64,000 bases of DNA from a virus (Duplodnaviria > Heunggongvirae > Uroviricota > Caudoviricetes): IMG/VR virus record IMGVR_UViG_3300017991_000084, positions 26,830 to 90,829 of that record; one strand, given 5' to 3'. Shown piece by piece: positions 32,933-43,160 of this stretch; within the stretch, counting starts at the first letter, position 1, and each line of letters starts with the position of its first letter. The notes below the pieces were generated by a model that was not told where the DNA came from, did no database searches, and saw only the letters and a program-made list of their open reading frames with translations. Made by a program: the position numbers and the translations under genes.

Positions 32933-34002
32933 GCATCCTCAATCAATCTCTCACGTGATTCCTCAGTCAAGGCCACACCACAGTGCGGACAGTCCGTCAA
33001 CTGTGACAACAAATCCCGCTCCTCCTCACGCAGCTCTACCAACCTAAACTCATCATGCTTCGCACTCTTGTCCAATGCAATCAGACGCTTGAGGGAACCA
33101 TCCAAATCATCCGATCTACCCATGTTCGTTTGATATGTGGCAATGACCTTCTGCACATCTTCCAGCAGCCCCTCACGAACCTCAACTGCCTCCACATCCA
33201 CCTCATCGATCCGTTCCAGAGCCGTTCGCAACTGGAACCTCTTATCATCTATACGTTCCCCGTCCTCAATTAGTTCGTCCATCCTCTGAAATAGACCCTC
33301 CGCAACCTCCTCCGACACTGTAGGTGCGGCTTCTAGATCCTCTAACCGCTCCACAATGCGGCCCAAAGATTGGTGCTCACTTTGAATCGCAGCATTCCGC
33401 TCTTCCAATTCCTTGTACGCCTGTATGCATTCCTCCAGCCTCTGAATGTCCAACTGCTCTAACTGCTCCAGTTCCTCCTGCATCTCCTCAAGATCCTGCT
33501 TCGTTGTAGTCAGGCATCCTTTGGTAGACCGCAGCCTAGTAGAGATGTCAGAGGCCACAGTTGTCAGATCATCCAGACCTGTCACAGATCGCAGATAGGA
33601 TGCCACGTTCCCTGGTGAATCCTGCAACAAGAAGAACGATCCATGCTGTGTCTGAAAGTTCACATCAGACAAGCGAATCAGATCTGTCACCTTCTCCGGA
33701 ACCCCAGTCCCAAAAGCAGTGAACGGATCGGGCTCACTATCCAACTCGTACTTGCCCGTCTTCGCTGTCTTTGTCCGTGTCACCACACCATCGTCAAACT
33801 GAAGCCGAGCATACGTTCTCTTAGTGCCTTTCTTGATGAAGTCACTACCTAACGGACGATTCATATTGAGCCAATGGAGCAACCTACGAATGGCAGACTT
33901 CCCCACATGAGAGTCACCCACTATCGCATTCACCCCAGGAGACAGATCAAACACACTGTCCTCATGAGACTCAAAGTTCTTCACATGAATCTGCTCAATC
34001 AT
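32929..34002 (-). CDS. Rad50/SbcC ATPase, N-terminal half (Walker A, ascending coiled coil, zinc hook)
   Basis: Walker A GDSHVGKSA; long coiled coil; CPHCG hook motif near the C-terminus. Confidence 0.6.
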   Translation of the reverse strand: MIEQIHVKNFESHEDSVFDLSPGVNAIVGDSHVGKSAIRRLLHWLNMNRPLGSDFIKKGTKRTYARLQFDDGVVTRTKTAKTGKYELDSEPDPFTAFGTGVPEKVTDLIRLSDVNFQTQHGSFFLLQDSPGNVASYLRSVTGLDDLTTVASDISTRLRSTKGCLTTTKQDLEEMQEELEQLEQLDIQRLEECIQAYKELEERNAAIQSEHQSLGRIVERLEDLEAAPTVSEEVAEGLFQRMDELIEDGERIDDKRFQLRTALERIDEVDVEAVEVREGLLEDVQKVIATYQTNMGRSDDLDGSLKRLIALDKSAKHDEFRLVELREEERDLLSQLTDCPHCGVALTEESRERLIEDA

Positions 34003-34759
34003 CCGTTGCCCCTACGAATGGACGCGCCAACACATTCACCGGGAATGCCTTGGTCACACGGTTGAATATCTTGATCTGATTTGGAGGCAGATCTGACATG
34101 AGTAGAATACCAGAGCGCAGCTTCATCTCTGTCACCAGCATCTTCCCCAACCAGTACGCATCAATCACATCTGTGCCAGGACCATCCACATCATCACTCT
34201 TGCCCTTGACCTTCTTTGCCTTGAACAACGTGTCCGGAAGCTCAAACCCATTCTCCGCTGCTGCCTCACGCATCTCCATCTTTGTGGCACGACCGTGACA
34301 CGCAAACATCTTCACCGACATGGGATCGTGGATTCTCATCTTCCCACTACTCGCATAGATCTGGTCCTTTAGTAGACCAGTCAGCTCGGCAATCTGCAAC
34401 AACCGATTCGTACTACTCATTCCCTGATGAATTGCATACCCCTCCACACTGAAGTATGCATCTCGAAGACCATCCGGCACCGCTCGTAAGATGTGCTCTG
34501 CAAACAAGTTACGGTAATTGAACGCACGCCTCACATCATATGCATGTGACGTCTCATCCTTTCCCTTCTTCATTCCTGTGAGCACACCATGATCCGGCTC
34601 AGCCGTCACGTACTTCTTCACGTCATGGAAGAATCTCCATGAACACACCTCTCCCTTGGAATCAAAAAAACAGAACCCTCCATGGTTCAGAGAAACGTCA
34701 CATCCGATGACTACCATTTGCGTTCCTTTCTGGGATCGCTCGCGTACAAATCCTGCCAC
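33995..34759 (-). CDS. RuvC-like Holliday junction resolvase
   Basis: VVIGCDVSLNHGGF N-terminal Asp motif and C-terminal DVIDAYWLG. Confidence 0.5.
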   Translation of the reverse strand: MAGFVRERSQKGTQMVVIGCDVSLNHGGFCFFDSKGEVCSWRFFHDVKKYVTAEPDHGVLTGMKKGKDETSHAYDVRRAFNYRNLFAEHILRAVPDGLRDAYFSVEGYAIHQGMSSTNRLLQIAELTGLLKDQIYASSGKMRIHDPMSVKMFACHGRATKMEMREAAAENGFELPDTLFKAKKVKGKSDDVDGPGTDVIDAYWLGKMLVTEMKLRSGILLMSDLPPNQIKIFNRVTKAFPVNVLARPFVGATDD

Positions 34760-35820
34760 TCTTCCCAGGCTTGCTTACGCAACTCATCTTCCCAACCATT
34801 CTCCTCAATGACCTTGACCCACTTCTTGATCGTATACTCCTCACCCTTGAACTGCACCTTCGTAGTGAGTAGCATCAGCTCTTTATCCGTACACCCTTGG
34901 CACTTAGCCAACAGAACCAGATTCGAAGAGATGTCATCCAGACCATAGTCATACTGAATACGGAACAGCCCACCACGGAACGCAGGGCCGAACCTAGTCT
35001 TGACCACCGTAGAGTCTACCCACGTGCCAATGTTCACCTTCTTCGCATTCTGAATCTTGGCCTTGCCCTTCAGGTAAATACGCACGGACGACCAGAACTC
35101 CAGACCCAATCCACCCACTGTGGTCTCAGACGCAAAGGGAGACTTCACATTCGCACGTGTCTGATCGATCACCAGGATGGTGATGTTTGCATCCAACGCA
35201 CGACGTCCCCATGATCTCAACCCAAGGTGAATCTGCTTGGCGCGATATGCTCCGTACCCCTGCTCATCCATCTTCTTGTCCTGCTCAATCTCCGCAGGCA
35301 ACACAGTGATACTGTCCACCACCACCAGCCGTTTCGGGATCTCTACCGTCTTTCCCTCTTTCTTTGCTTTCGCCTTTACCTTATCCACCTCAGCCACCAA
35401 GCCACCGATGTTCTTGTCGAACAGCTCTTCAATCGTCTCCGAATGCCACAGGTGGAACTTCGGATGCCGCATGTCCATCCCACACATGGTAGTGAATTCC
35501 GGATTAATCGACCGCTCTGTGTCATCGTAGTATGTCTCGTAACCTGAGCGCTGAGCATAGCCCATGGTAGTGTAAGCAAACAAGCTCTTAGCTGTGCTGC
35601 TGCCACCATAGATCTGTGTGATGCGTCCAGCTGGCAGACCTCCAGGAAACCGATTGGCAACCGCCAAGTCCAGCTGAGTACAGCCGGTCTGAATCCAATC
35701 CTCTACTGGAGGCAGATCCAACAAGTCACACTCCTGTGACAGCTCTTCAACCTCATCACAAATGTCTGCGTCTTTCTTCTTTCTCGGCATACTAGTCCTC
35801 GTACACTGTGTCCTCGTCAT
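34711..35820 (-). CDS. RecA/UvsX-like recombinase
   Basis: GGLPAGRITQIYGGSSTAKS RecA-core-like P-loop region; LVVVDSI Walker B-like. Confidence 0.5.
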   Translation of the reverse strand: MTRTQCTRTSMPRKKKDADICDEVEELSQECDLLDLPPVEDWIQTGCTQLDLAVANRFPGGLPAGRITQIYGGSSTAKSLFAYTTMGYAQRSGYETYYDDTERSINPEFTTMCGMDMRHPKFHLWHSETIEELFDKNIGGLVAEVDKVKAKAKKEGKTVEIPKRLVVVDSITVLPAEIEQDKKMDEQGYGAYRAKQIHLGLRSWGRRALDANITILVIDQTRANVKSPFASETTVGGLGLEFWSSVRIYLKGKAKIQNAKKVNIGTWVDSTVVKTRFGPAFRGGLFRIQYDYGLDDISSNLVLLAKCQGCTDKELMLLTTKVQFKGEEYTIKKWVKVIEENGWEDELRKQAWEEWQDLYASDPRKERKW

Positions 35821-36364
35821 CCCGATCTCTCTGACGACGATTACGATTCCGCAGCTCCACGATTGCCTCCATGTTACTCTCGCTCTTGCGTCCCTTCATC
35901 GAACCCACATCACCTGAATTGTAGTACCGATGTACGACCAACTCGACCAAGTTCTTGAGCATAGCTCTACGCTGCTCGGCTGCTGTCTGAAGGATAGACA
36001 ATGCGTCTGCTGCCTTGTTCGCCTCAATGTGATCACGGATTGCTGCCTGCGTGTCAGGATGTGCCTGAACCGCTGCCTCAACTGCCTTGTCCGTGACCTT
36101 ATCCAACCCATATGTCTTGGGATTGGTACGCATGTCACCCTTCAACTTCGCCTTCACGTACTCAACATGCTCTTTCGCCTTCTTCGCGTCAGACCGTGCC
36201 TCAGATGCCAGCTCCCCAATTTGACAGAACAGGAGTGGTTGTTGAACACACTCCTGTTCCAGACCATCAGGATCAATGGAGAGTTGACCACGAAACTCAC
36301 TCAGGTGCGATTTCAACTCTTGCTCAGTCATCCTCATCTCCACTAGGCTCATCCAAAATCTCAT
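35792..36364 (-). CDS. coiled-coil hypothetical protein
   Basis: 190-aa minus ORF. Confidence 0.4.
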   Translation of the reverse strand: MRFWMSLVEMRMTEQELKSHLSEFRGQLSIDPDGLEQECVQQPLLFCQIGELASEARSDAKKAKEHVEYVKAKLKGDMRTNPKTYGLDKVTDKAVEAAVQAHPDTQAAIRDHIEANKAADALSILQTAAEQRRAMLKNLVELVVHRYYNSGDVGSMKGRKSESNMEAIVELRNRNRRQRDRDDEDTVYED

Positions 36365-37307
36365 TCACTCTGGATGCGGTTTCATCGGACGGAGCCTCTG
36401 CATCACTGCTACGTCTGCGCCGTGAACCAGAGTCCTCTTCCGCATCCTGAGACCGACGACGACGGCGACCAGTGCCCTCATCCTGAACTGTTTCCTCAGG
36501 CTGATCCCCCTCATCAGAACGACCACGACGACGACGCTCACCACCCTCTGACGAATCACTGCGAGAACGACGACGACGCTCGCCACCCTCATCCGAACCA
36601 CGACGACGTGAAGATGTGCCATTAACCGCCTGGGCCATCTCCTCATACGGGGTCTTCTTCAGCAGCTCCTCGAAATCCTCAGGCGCATCATCCAGCCAGT
36701 CATCCGGAATCGGCTCATTCTCATAGAACCGGAACCCTTTGTACTTCGTTCCCAATCCGGAACCGGAACGGGTGAACTCAATGTCACGTCCCTTGTCCGG
36801 ATCGCTTGGATCAATGATCCCATGACGACGATCCTGAGACAGCTCCGCGATATTGTCATTGACCACCACTGGAGCATCATACCAACGCAGGCCCTTGGCT
36901 TCCGTATCCTTGGTCTTGATGTCCACCACCAAGAACAGATACCGCAGCTTGGGAGCCAAATCTTTCAGCGCCTCATCATCCGCATTCTGCTCCTTCATCT
37001 GCTCGTACAACTCACAGACAGGGCACGGCTCACCAAACATCTTCCGCAAACAGATGAACGTACTCTCATCTGCCCCAATCTTCGTGTGAATGTACACCTT
37101 CTTACCGAAGTAAGGAAGATCTTTGTATGTCTCAAACTTCGGAGAGATGATACGAATCGCATTCGGCCCATTCTCCGTCTTGTACTGCGAAATGCCCAAA
37201 CGATCCAGCTTCGTTGTGTCCACGTAGAAGAACTTGCTCCCTCCACGGTTGTTAGCCTCACGCTGCTCGTTCTCGATTGCCGCTGTACGATCTCTACCTC
37301 TACCCAT
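36324..37307 (-). CDS. gp32-like single-stranded DNA-binding protein with an Arg/Ser/Asp/Glu-rich repetitive C-terminal tail
   Basis: Zn motif H...C...CPVC in HTKIGADESTFICLRKMFGEPCPVCE; acidic tail carrying SDEGGERRRR repeats. Confidence 0.55.
   Translation of the reverse strand: MGRGRDRTAAIENEQREANNRGGSKFFYVDTTKLDRLGISQYKTENGPNAIRIISPKFETYKDLPYFGKKVYIHTKIGADESTFICLRKMFGEPCPVCELYEQMKEQNADDEALKDLAPKLRYLFLVVDIKTKDTEAKGLRWYDAPVVVNDNIAELSQDRRHGIIDPSDPDKGRDIEFTRSGSGLGTKYKGFRFYENEPIPDDWLDDAPEDFEELLKKTPYEEMAQAVNGTSSRRRGSDEGGERRRRSRSDSSEGGERRRRGRSDEGDQPEETVQDEGTGRRRRRSQDAEEDSGSRRRRSSDAEAPSDETASRVNEILDEPSGDEDD
36430..36615. repeat. three imperfect roughly 45-nt tandem repeats (cgacgacgacgctc.ccaccctc...) encoding the RRRR/SD repeats of the SSB tail
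   Basis: Direct repeats visible at 36441-36475, 36520-36566 and 36567-36614. Confidence 0.6.
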
Positions 37308-37427
37308 AGTAAATCCTCCAATTGTCCTGACAGTTTGACCTAACGTCGCACCATTCGTGTTTTCTTTCTCTCATTCCGTGCCGCACGTCTACGCTTCTTG
37401 TTACCCTTCTTTGGCTGGCCCATCTCA

Positions 37428-38363
37428 CTACTCTCCAAAACACGCCTTCACAATCAATGCTGCCAAGGCACTCTTGCCTCCATAGTACACATTCACGGAG
37501 AAGATTCGAATCACCTTAGCGATATCCTCTGCATCTTCTACGTTCTCACACTTGCGAAGGTTCGTCAAAAAGAATGTCAATAGCGCTTTTCTCAGTCGCT
37601 CTGGATCATCTTCGATGATGTAGTACAGGGTCAGGATCTTCTTCCAGTCCCGCCTACGCTTCTCCGGAACCCGCAACAACATCTTCCCCAACTCGATGAT
37701 GTTCGAATCCTTCTCCGTCCCCTTGACGATCAACCGAATCGCTGTATCCAGATCCTTCTCATCATGAACTTTTTCTAGAGAAACGAGAGCCTCACGAGGA
37801 CACCCCTTGGCAATCATAGCCACGGCCTCAAGGACTTGCTCCTTCACGTCCCACTCCATCGCCTTACATGCCCGCCTCAGGATCTCCATCACCTGAGCAT
37901 AGGACAGCTTCTGTACGACGTAATCCGTACACCGGCTCCGTATCCCCTTGATGATCTCCTTCGGTGCTGTGGTGCAGAAAATGAAGTACGCATCCTCTGG
38001 TGGATTGTCTGTGATATCCAACAGAGCCTCCTGGGCCGCTGGAGTAAGCTGATGACTCTCATCTAGAATGATCGTCTTCGGAGCCCCATCTATCGACGTC
38101 ATGCGGCAGTGTCGAATGATCTCCCGCACTGTGTCAATCCCACGAGTGTTCGCAGCATTATATAGAAAAGTGCTCTGCTCCGTTGACCCAAACATTGTAG
38201 CCAGCACACGAGCAATGGTGGTCTTGCCACAACCATACGGCCCATGCAACAGGTACACGTGAGGACGCACGGTGCCCTTGAGCGCTCTACTCAGGGCACC
38301 GATGGTCTCCTCATTTCCTACTACTTCTTCCAGGGAGGTTGGTCTCACTAGTTGATACAACAT
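37428..38363 (-). CDS. clamp loader ATPase (gp44 / RFC small-subunit-like)
   Basis: LLHGPYGCGKTT Walker A; DESHQLT Walker B; SRC motif in IRSRC. Confidence 0.65.
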   Translation of the reverse strand: MLYQLVRPTSLEEVVGNEETIGALSRALKGTVRPHVYLLHGPYGCGKTTIARVLATMFGSTEQSTFLYNAANTRGIDTVREIIRHCRMTSIDGAPKTIILDESHQLTPAAQEALLDITDNPPEDAYFIFCTTAPKEIIKGIRSRCTDYVVQKLSYAQVMEILRRACKAMEWDVKEQVLEAVAMIAKGCPREALVSLEKVHDEKDLDTAIRLIVKGTEKDSNIIELGKMLLRVPEKRRRDWKKILTLYYIIEDDPERLRKALLTFFLTNLRKCENVEDAEDIAKVIRIFSVNVYYGGKSALAALIVKACFGE

Positions 38364-38375
38364 AGGGAGTCTCCG

Positions 38376-39383
38376 TTACAAAATCACCTGATGACACTTG
38401 TCACACATCGCATAGTCCTTGGTCATCTCACCCGCCACCAGCTGTAAGTCACGTGCGGATTCCTGAGACAACGCTTGGTTGTGTGTACCTACAGCCGTCA
38501 CTGCATTCCACACATCATACATGGTCTGTGCGCCCATGCCATCGTTTTGCTTCGACACTTCATCCCGAATGATACCTTGGGTACGAGTCGGAATCCCGAA
38601 CTTCCGAAAGATACTCTTCAGTGTGCAGTCCAACTGACCCACCACACCGATCTCGGTGAGCTGCTTGATCCGATTGAACTCACAGTCCAGTTCCTTGACA
38701 CTCCGATCCGCTGCTGACTGAGTCCACAAAGCAATGTCATCTGTGTTGTTTGACCGACGTGACCACTTGCTCAGACTCTCTGACGTGATAGCTCCATTCG
38801 AGCACCACTGACGGAAGATGTAAGGTGTGACCTCCAATGCCTTCGACCCAAAGATGCTGTTCTGCACTGAGATCCCTCCGTACAACGGGTCTCCGGTCTT
38901 AGGCTCAAAGGTCTTGTTCAGAACCACACAGAACCGAGAGTAGTTCAGATCAGTGGACACCTGATGATACCCCAACACCTCTGTGTCCTTGACACCGGCC
39001 AGCACATTGTCATGCAACATCATGTTTGAATGGTAGTCCGGTTGATTCTTGTATGCACCCACCACCTTACCATCACGCAGGAAGAACCGCATCTTATTTC
39101 CAGGAACCCCACACCAATAGTTCAAGTGCTCCCGCAACATATGGTACGGACACTTCTTTGTGTAAGACGCTGGGATGCCGATGCACGTTGCTGACTGTGA
39201 TAGTCCTACGTCTGTGAGCTGGTGCTCCTCCCCCAAAATACTCACCCTCGCTGGTTGCCCATTCATCACCTCTTGGAACTCAACTGCCTCCGCTGAGCCA
39301 AGATCTACATCCTTGTGTGACAACCCTTCCGTTGGCTCCAATGTCGCCAACAACTGCTCTCTCGATAACAAGTTCAACTCTGA
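38376..39383 (-). CDS. hypothetical protein (start moved to the ATG at 39383 behind GGAGGAAAG)
   Basis: Long minus ORF between the clamp loader and the polymerase. Confidence 0.45.
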   Translation of the reverse strand, partial: SELNLLSREQLLATLEPTEGLSHKDVDLGSAEAVEFQEVMNGQPARVSILGEEHQLTDVGLSQSATCIGIPASYTKKCPYHMLREHLNYWCGVPGNKMRFFLRDGKVVGAYKNQPDYHSNMMLHDNVLAGVKDTEVLGYHQVSTDLNYSRFCVVLNKTFEPKTGDPLYGGISVQNSIFGSKALEVTPYIFRQWCSNGAITSESLSKWSRRSNNTDDIALWTQSAADRSVKELDCEFNRIKQLTEIGVVGQLDCTLKSIFRKFGIPTRTQGIIRDEVSKQNDGMGAQTMYDVWNAVTAVGTHNQALSQESARDLQLVAGEMTKDYAMCDKCHQVIL

Positions 39384-39454
39384 CATATCTTTCCTCCAAA
39401 TGTCTCCCACCATACTATCTATACTGAACTGCGCTGAAGATGTTCTTAGCTTTC

Positions 39455-42151
39455 TTACACGATTTCCACTTTTTCTATAGAACCGCATTCCATGCAATCA
39501 TAGAGATGGAACTTCGTGCCACCCTCTTTGACCTTCTCATGCGACTGACCTGTCTTATGACAACACGCCGCACACTCCCGGATAGCCAGCTCGTGCATGT
39601 CATACCAGTTTCGTCCCACTTCCCACTCAAAGATCATTGGCACATCACGCTGCCACTCAAACCATGGACGCACCATGATCTCATCCACCATCGGAACAAT
39701 CTTAATGATCTCAGTAGGAACCGCATCGAATGTGACACTGTCATGCACCTCAATGATCGGCAAGGATCTGATACCTTCCTTGACGAATCTCTTCTCCACC
39801 AAATCCTCTTCGATGTGAATGATTCCATTCAACACCAAATGGAACGCAGGACCCTGGATCGGATAGTTCACCAGCTGATTGTAACTCAAGGGACCATGGC
39901 TCCGGAACCCAGATGCACCCTCCAGGTATCCCTTCGAAACATAGTTCTTCCGGTTACGAATCTGCCACTCACGCACCCCAGCAAACTCATCCCAGAACTG
40001 AGCCTGCACCTTGAATACATGCTCCTTACTCACGCCCAATGGGGCCATGTTCTTGGCGATAGAGTCAGCTGTTGACCCAAAGAACGACGCAAAGACAAAC
40101 AGGTTCTTCGCCCAGAATCGCTCCGTAGGTCTGTCGATCTCAGACTCATCCTTCTCGAATAGCCTAGCCGCCCACTTCAGGTGCATGTCCACACCTTCCT
40201 TAAGCTGACGGATCAGCTCCGGGTCATTAGAAGCCATGGCGATAATGCGAACCTCCAACGATCCCTGGTCACCCTCCAAGAACACCCTTCCTTCAGACGG
40301 GACAATACACTTCCGGAACTTCTTCAGCTCCTCATCATGCTTGAACACATTCTGAACATTCGTATCCGATGCAGAAGATCGATACGTTGCAGCCCGATTC
40401 AAGTTGTAGTTTGGGTGCACATAGTGATCAGAACTCATCACCTTCCGATATTGCTCCACCCTCTCCAGCGCCGAACACGTATGTCGGAAACCAAGCACAC
40501 CATTCACAAACCGCCTGACTGATGCGTTCTTTGTCTTAGCTTCGATGGCTCTCAGATTCTTCTCATCTGTACTGCGTGACTTGAATGGAGGCTCAATCCC
40601 ATACTGATCATAGACCACCTTGGCCACCTGTGCAGGAGAATCCGGATTGAATGTCTCACCCTTCTCCAGCTCCACCGCCTTCACTTTCGCATCCGCATAC
40701 AGTGCCTTCAAGTGTACATCCTGCTCCACCTTGTACTTCCTCTCAAACGCACCCAGCTCCTTCATATCAATTCGCACACCACGAGACTTATAGCTGGCCA
40801 ATGCACGAGCCCCAGGCATCATCAACTTATAGAAGAAGTCCCACAGATCCTGATGTCGCTCAAAGAATCTCTTCTGCTTCTTGTATGCCAGCATTGTGTA
40901 CCGCGAGTCCAATGTACTGTATGTCACCTGATCACTCAACGGCGCATCCAAGAAGTTGACCACATCCAAAATCTCCTTGTAGTCATCGCCTCTCATCTGA
41001 AACGCCTGGAACCCCAAGCTGGTGGACTTGCTGTTGCAGTACATCACATGGGCACCAATCATCGTGTCATGCACCGCATTCACTGCCTTAGTCCCAAAGA
41101 ACTTCCTAGTCCAAGAGTCTTCCATGTTCAAATTCTGCACTACCTTAGGCACATCACTCTTGAGCAGCTGCGTCAGGGACTGACAGATGTAAGACAGCTC
41201 CACCTGATTGAAATACGGATTCCCCTCCTTATCCGGCATGTCCAACGGAATCATTACCCCATAGTCAGGAGCTGTAGCAAACGACACACAGTAAATGGTA
41301 GACCCATCCAAATGCGCGTGAAGAGAATTTGTTTCAAAGTCATACCCGAACGGATTCCCCTGATTGATCAGCTCCTCAATGTACGCAATGGCCTCATCCG
41401 GATCAGTGATAATCTCACACCCTTCTCGATCCAACGGACGTGGGAGCTTCTTCCCTAGCTTCGCCACACACCGTGCCAAATCATACAGGAAGAGATTACG
41501 ATCATCCGGATTGAACTTGTCATTCATTCGTGCCAGATGAAACTTCGGACTGTAAGTGCCGCCCACCCAACACCCATACTCATGGTAAGGCAACACCTGC
41601 CCATGCATCAACTGTGAATTGAACTTGACCTTCTTCAGGTACTTTGGCTGAATGACAGCCTTCAGTGACAACGTATCCAGGCAGATGATAAGCTCTGGTC
41701 TCACCTCTTTGATATCAGCCAACAACCTAGACCGACAAGCCTTCACCTGTGTATCTGTTGGGTCCTTCTCCTGCCACTTGTTCTTCATACCAGGGAAACA
41801 ATCCACCACTGTAGTGCGGACACAATCCCGATCCATATCGATATTCAGCTGCTTCAAGGACGATCTCAGCAGATCCCCATCACTACCCATGAATGTCAAT
41901 CCATCCCGATCATCCACACGACTTGGGGCTCCACTCACAATGAGGATACCCTTCTCACCACGCCCGTAGCGCTCCACCTTCGGAGATCCACAGGACTGGT
42001 ACAGCTTGCATGTAGAGCAGTCATAGACCTTCGCTGCCTTAGGTGTAGACTTACGCGCCCCACGCTTCGCTCTTCTCAGCGCCTTCCCTGTGTCCTTCTT
42101 CAAATCCGGATTGATATCATCTGGAAAAAAGAATGCCTTCTGCTTAGCCAC
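39455..42151 (-). CDS. DNA polymerase I family (PolA) with an N-terminal family-4 uracil-DNA-glycosylase-like domain and a 3'-5' exonuclease
   Basis: UDG-like GEKGILIVSGAPS...LTFMGSDGDLL; exonuclease I motif YDFETN; polymerase motif C IIEVHDSVTFDA; motif B-like RFWAKNLFVFASFFG. Confidence 0.7.
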   Translation of the reverse strand: MAKQKAFFFPDDINPDLKKDTGKALRRAKRGARKSTPKAAKVYDCSTCKLYQSCGSPKVERYGRGEKGILIVSGAPSRVDDRDGLTFMGSDGDLLRSSLKQLNIDMDRDCVRTTVVDCFPGMKNKWQEKDPTDTQVKACRSRLLADIKEVRPELIICLDTLSLKAVIQPKYLKKVKFNSQLMHGQVLPYHEYGCWVGGTYSPKFHLARMNDKFNPDDRNLFLYDLARCVAKLGKKLPRPLDREGCEIITDPDEAIAYIEELINQGNPFGYDFETNSLHAHLDGSTIYCVSFATAPDYGVMIPLDMPDKEGNPYFNQVELSYICQSLTQLLKSDVPKVVQNLNMEDSWTRKFFGTKAVNAVHDTMIGAHVMYCNSKSTSLGFQAFQMRGDDYKEILDVVNFLDAPLSDQVTYSTLDSRYTMLAYKKQKRFFERHQDLWDFFYKLMMPGARALASYKSRGVRIDMKELGAFERKYKVEQDVHLKALYADAKVKAVELEKGETFNPDSPAQVAKVVYDQYGIEPPFKSRSTDEKNLRAIEAKTKNASVRRFVNGVLGFRHTCSALERVEQYRKVMSSDHYVHPNYNLNRAATYRSSASDTNVQNVFKHDEELKKFRKCIVPSEGRVFLEGDQGSLEVRIIAMASNDPELIRQLKEGVDMHLKWAARLFEKDESEIDRPTERFWAKNLFVFASFFGSTADSIAKNMAPLGVSKEHVFKVQAQFWDEFAGVREWQIRNRKNYVSKGYLEGASGFRSHGPLSYNQLVNYPIQGPAFHLVLNGIIHIEEDLVEKRFVKEGIRSLPIIEVHDSVTFDAVPTEIIKIVPMVDEIMVRPWFEWQRDVPMIFEWEVGRNWYDMHELAIRECAACCHKTGQSHEKVKEGGTKFHLYDCMECGSIEKVEIV

Positions 42152-42152
42152 G

Positions 42153-43160
42153 CTATTCCTCCCTTGTGCGAATCAAGTACTCCGATTGACCGTAAGTGAA
42201 CATCACCACCCCATCCTCTGAGTAGAAGTCAAACGAAGTACACTCCTTCTCCACTCCATCGAACAGCACCGGATTCGCAAAGAACCCAATCTCCCTGTCC
42301 CCAATATCTGCATCCATCTCCAGCGTTTCCTGAAGCACGCCCAGCTCACTCTCCGACACGATAGTACACTGTGTCCCTGTGAGCATCACCTCAAACTCCT
42401 GTGCCCCAATGTCCACCTTCTTCTGATACTTCCCATGCTTCGCCAACACATCCAAAATCCTGTCACCGTTGAATGAAATTGTCACCGGCTCTGAATCTGG
42501 AAACAACCTACGCAAATCTGGATAGTCATCTGACAGTAGAGATGATGTGATCACCGTCCCATCCGCAGCCTCAAAGTTGATGCGGGTCCCTGCATAGATC
42601 TTCCCACCATTCAGGTCCATCCCACCAATCGCCTTGATGAAAGGTAATGGTACAGACCCATCCAATGTCACCTTCTCCTCCAGCTTATGACGAAAGATAC
42701 GGAATTTGTCACAGGCATATAGGAACTCACCCATCGCCCGGACTCCACACAACGCACGATCCGCTTCATCCTTCGACACGCAAACTGAACTCGCCTTCAA
42801 TCCAGCCACAAACTTCTCCAGGTCCCCAACGTCCACCAACGGATCAGTGATCGGCACCTTGTTCAATGGCATCGCATCCTTGAAAGTCTTGAAGTCCATC
42901 TTCAAACCATCAGATGTGATGTGCAACTTGCCACGCCGCAACACGATCTCCACTTCATCAGCACGCATTGTCTTCAACATATCCAACAGAGGCTTACCGG
43001 AAACCACACATGATAGATCCAGTTCTCCTGGAAGTGGGGTCTCCACTTGAAAACTCAGATGCCCACTACGCACTGTCCGACCATCGAAATACAATGTGTC
43101 ACCAATGATCACACGCTTCAGACAGGCAATCAATTCGTTACGACTTACCTTCATCTTCAT
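42153..43160 (-). CDS. DNA polymerase sliding clamp (beta / DnaN-like)
   Basis: 335 aa; three-domain length and position immediately upstream of the polymerase. Confidence 0.4.
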   Translation of the reverse strand: MKMKVSRNELIACLKRVIIGDTLYFDGRTVRSGHLSFQVETPLPGELDLSCVVSGKPLLDMLKTMRADEVEIVLRRGKLHITSDGLKMDFKTFKDAMPLNKVPITDPLVDVGDLEKFVAGLKASSVCVSKDEADRALCGVRAMGEFLYACDKFRIFRHKLEEKVTLDGSVPLPFIKAIGGMDLNGGKIYAGTRINFEAADGTVITSSLLSDDYPDLRRLFPDSEPVTISFNGDRILDVLAKHGKYQKKVDIGAQEFEVMLTGTQCTIVSESELGVLQETLEMDADIGDREIGFFANPVLFDGVEKECTSFDFYSEDGVVMFTYGQSEYLIRTREE

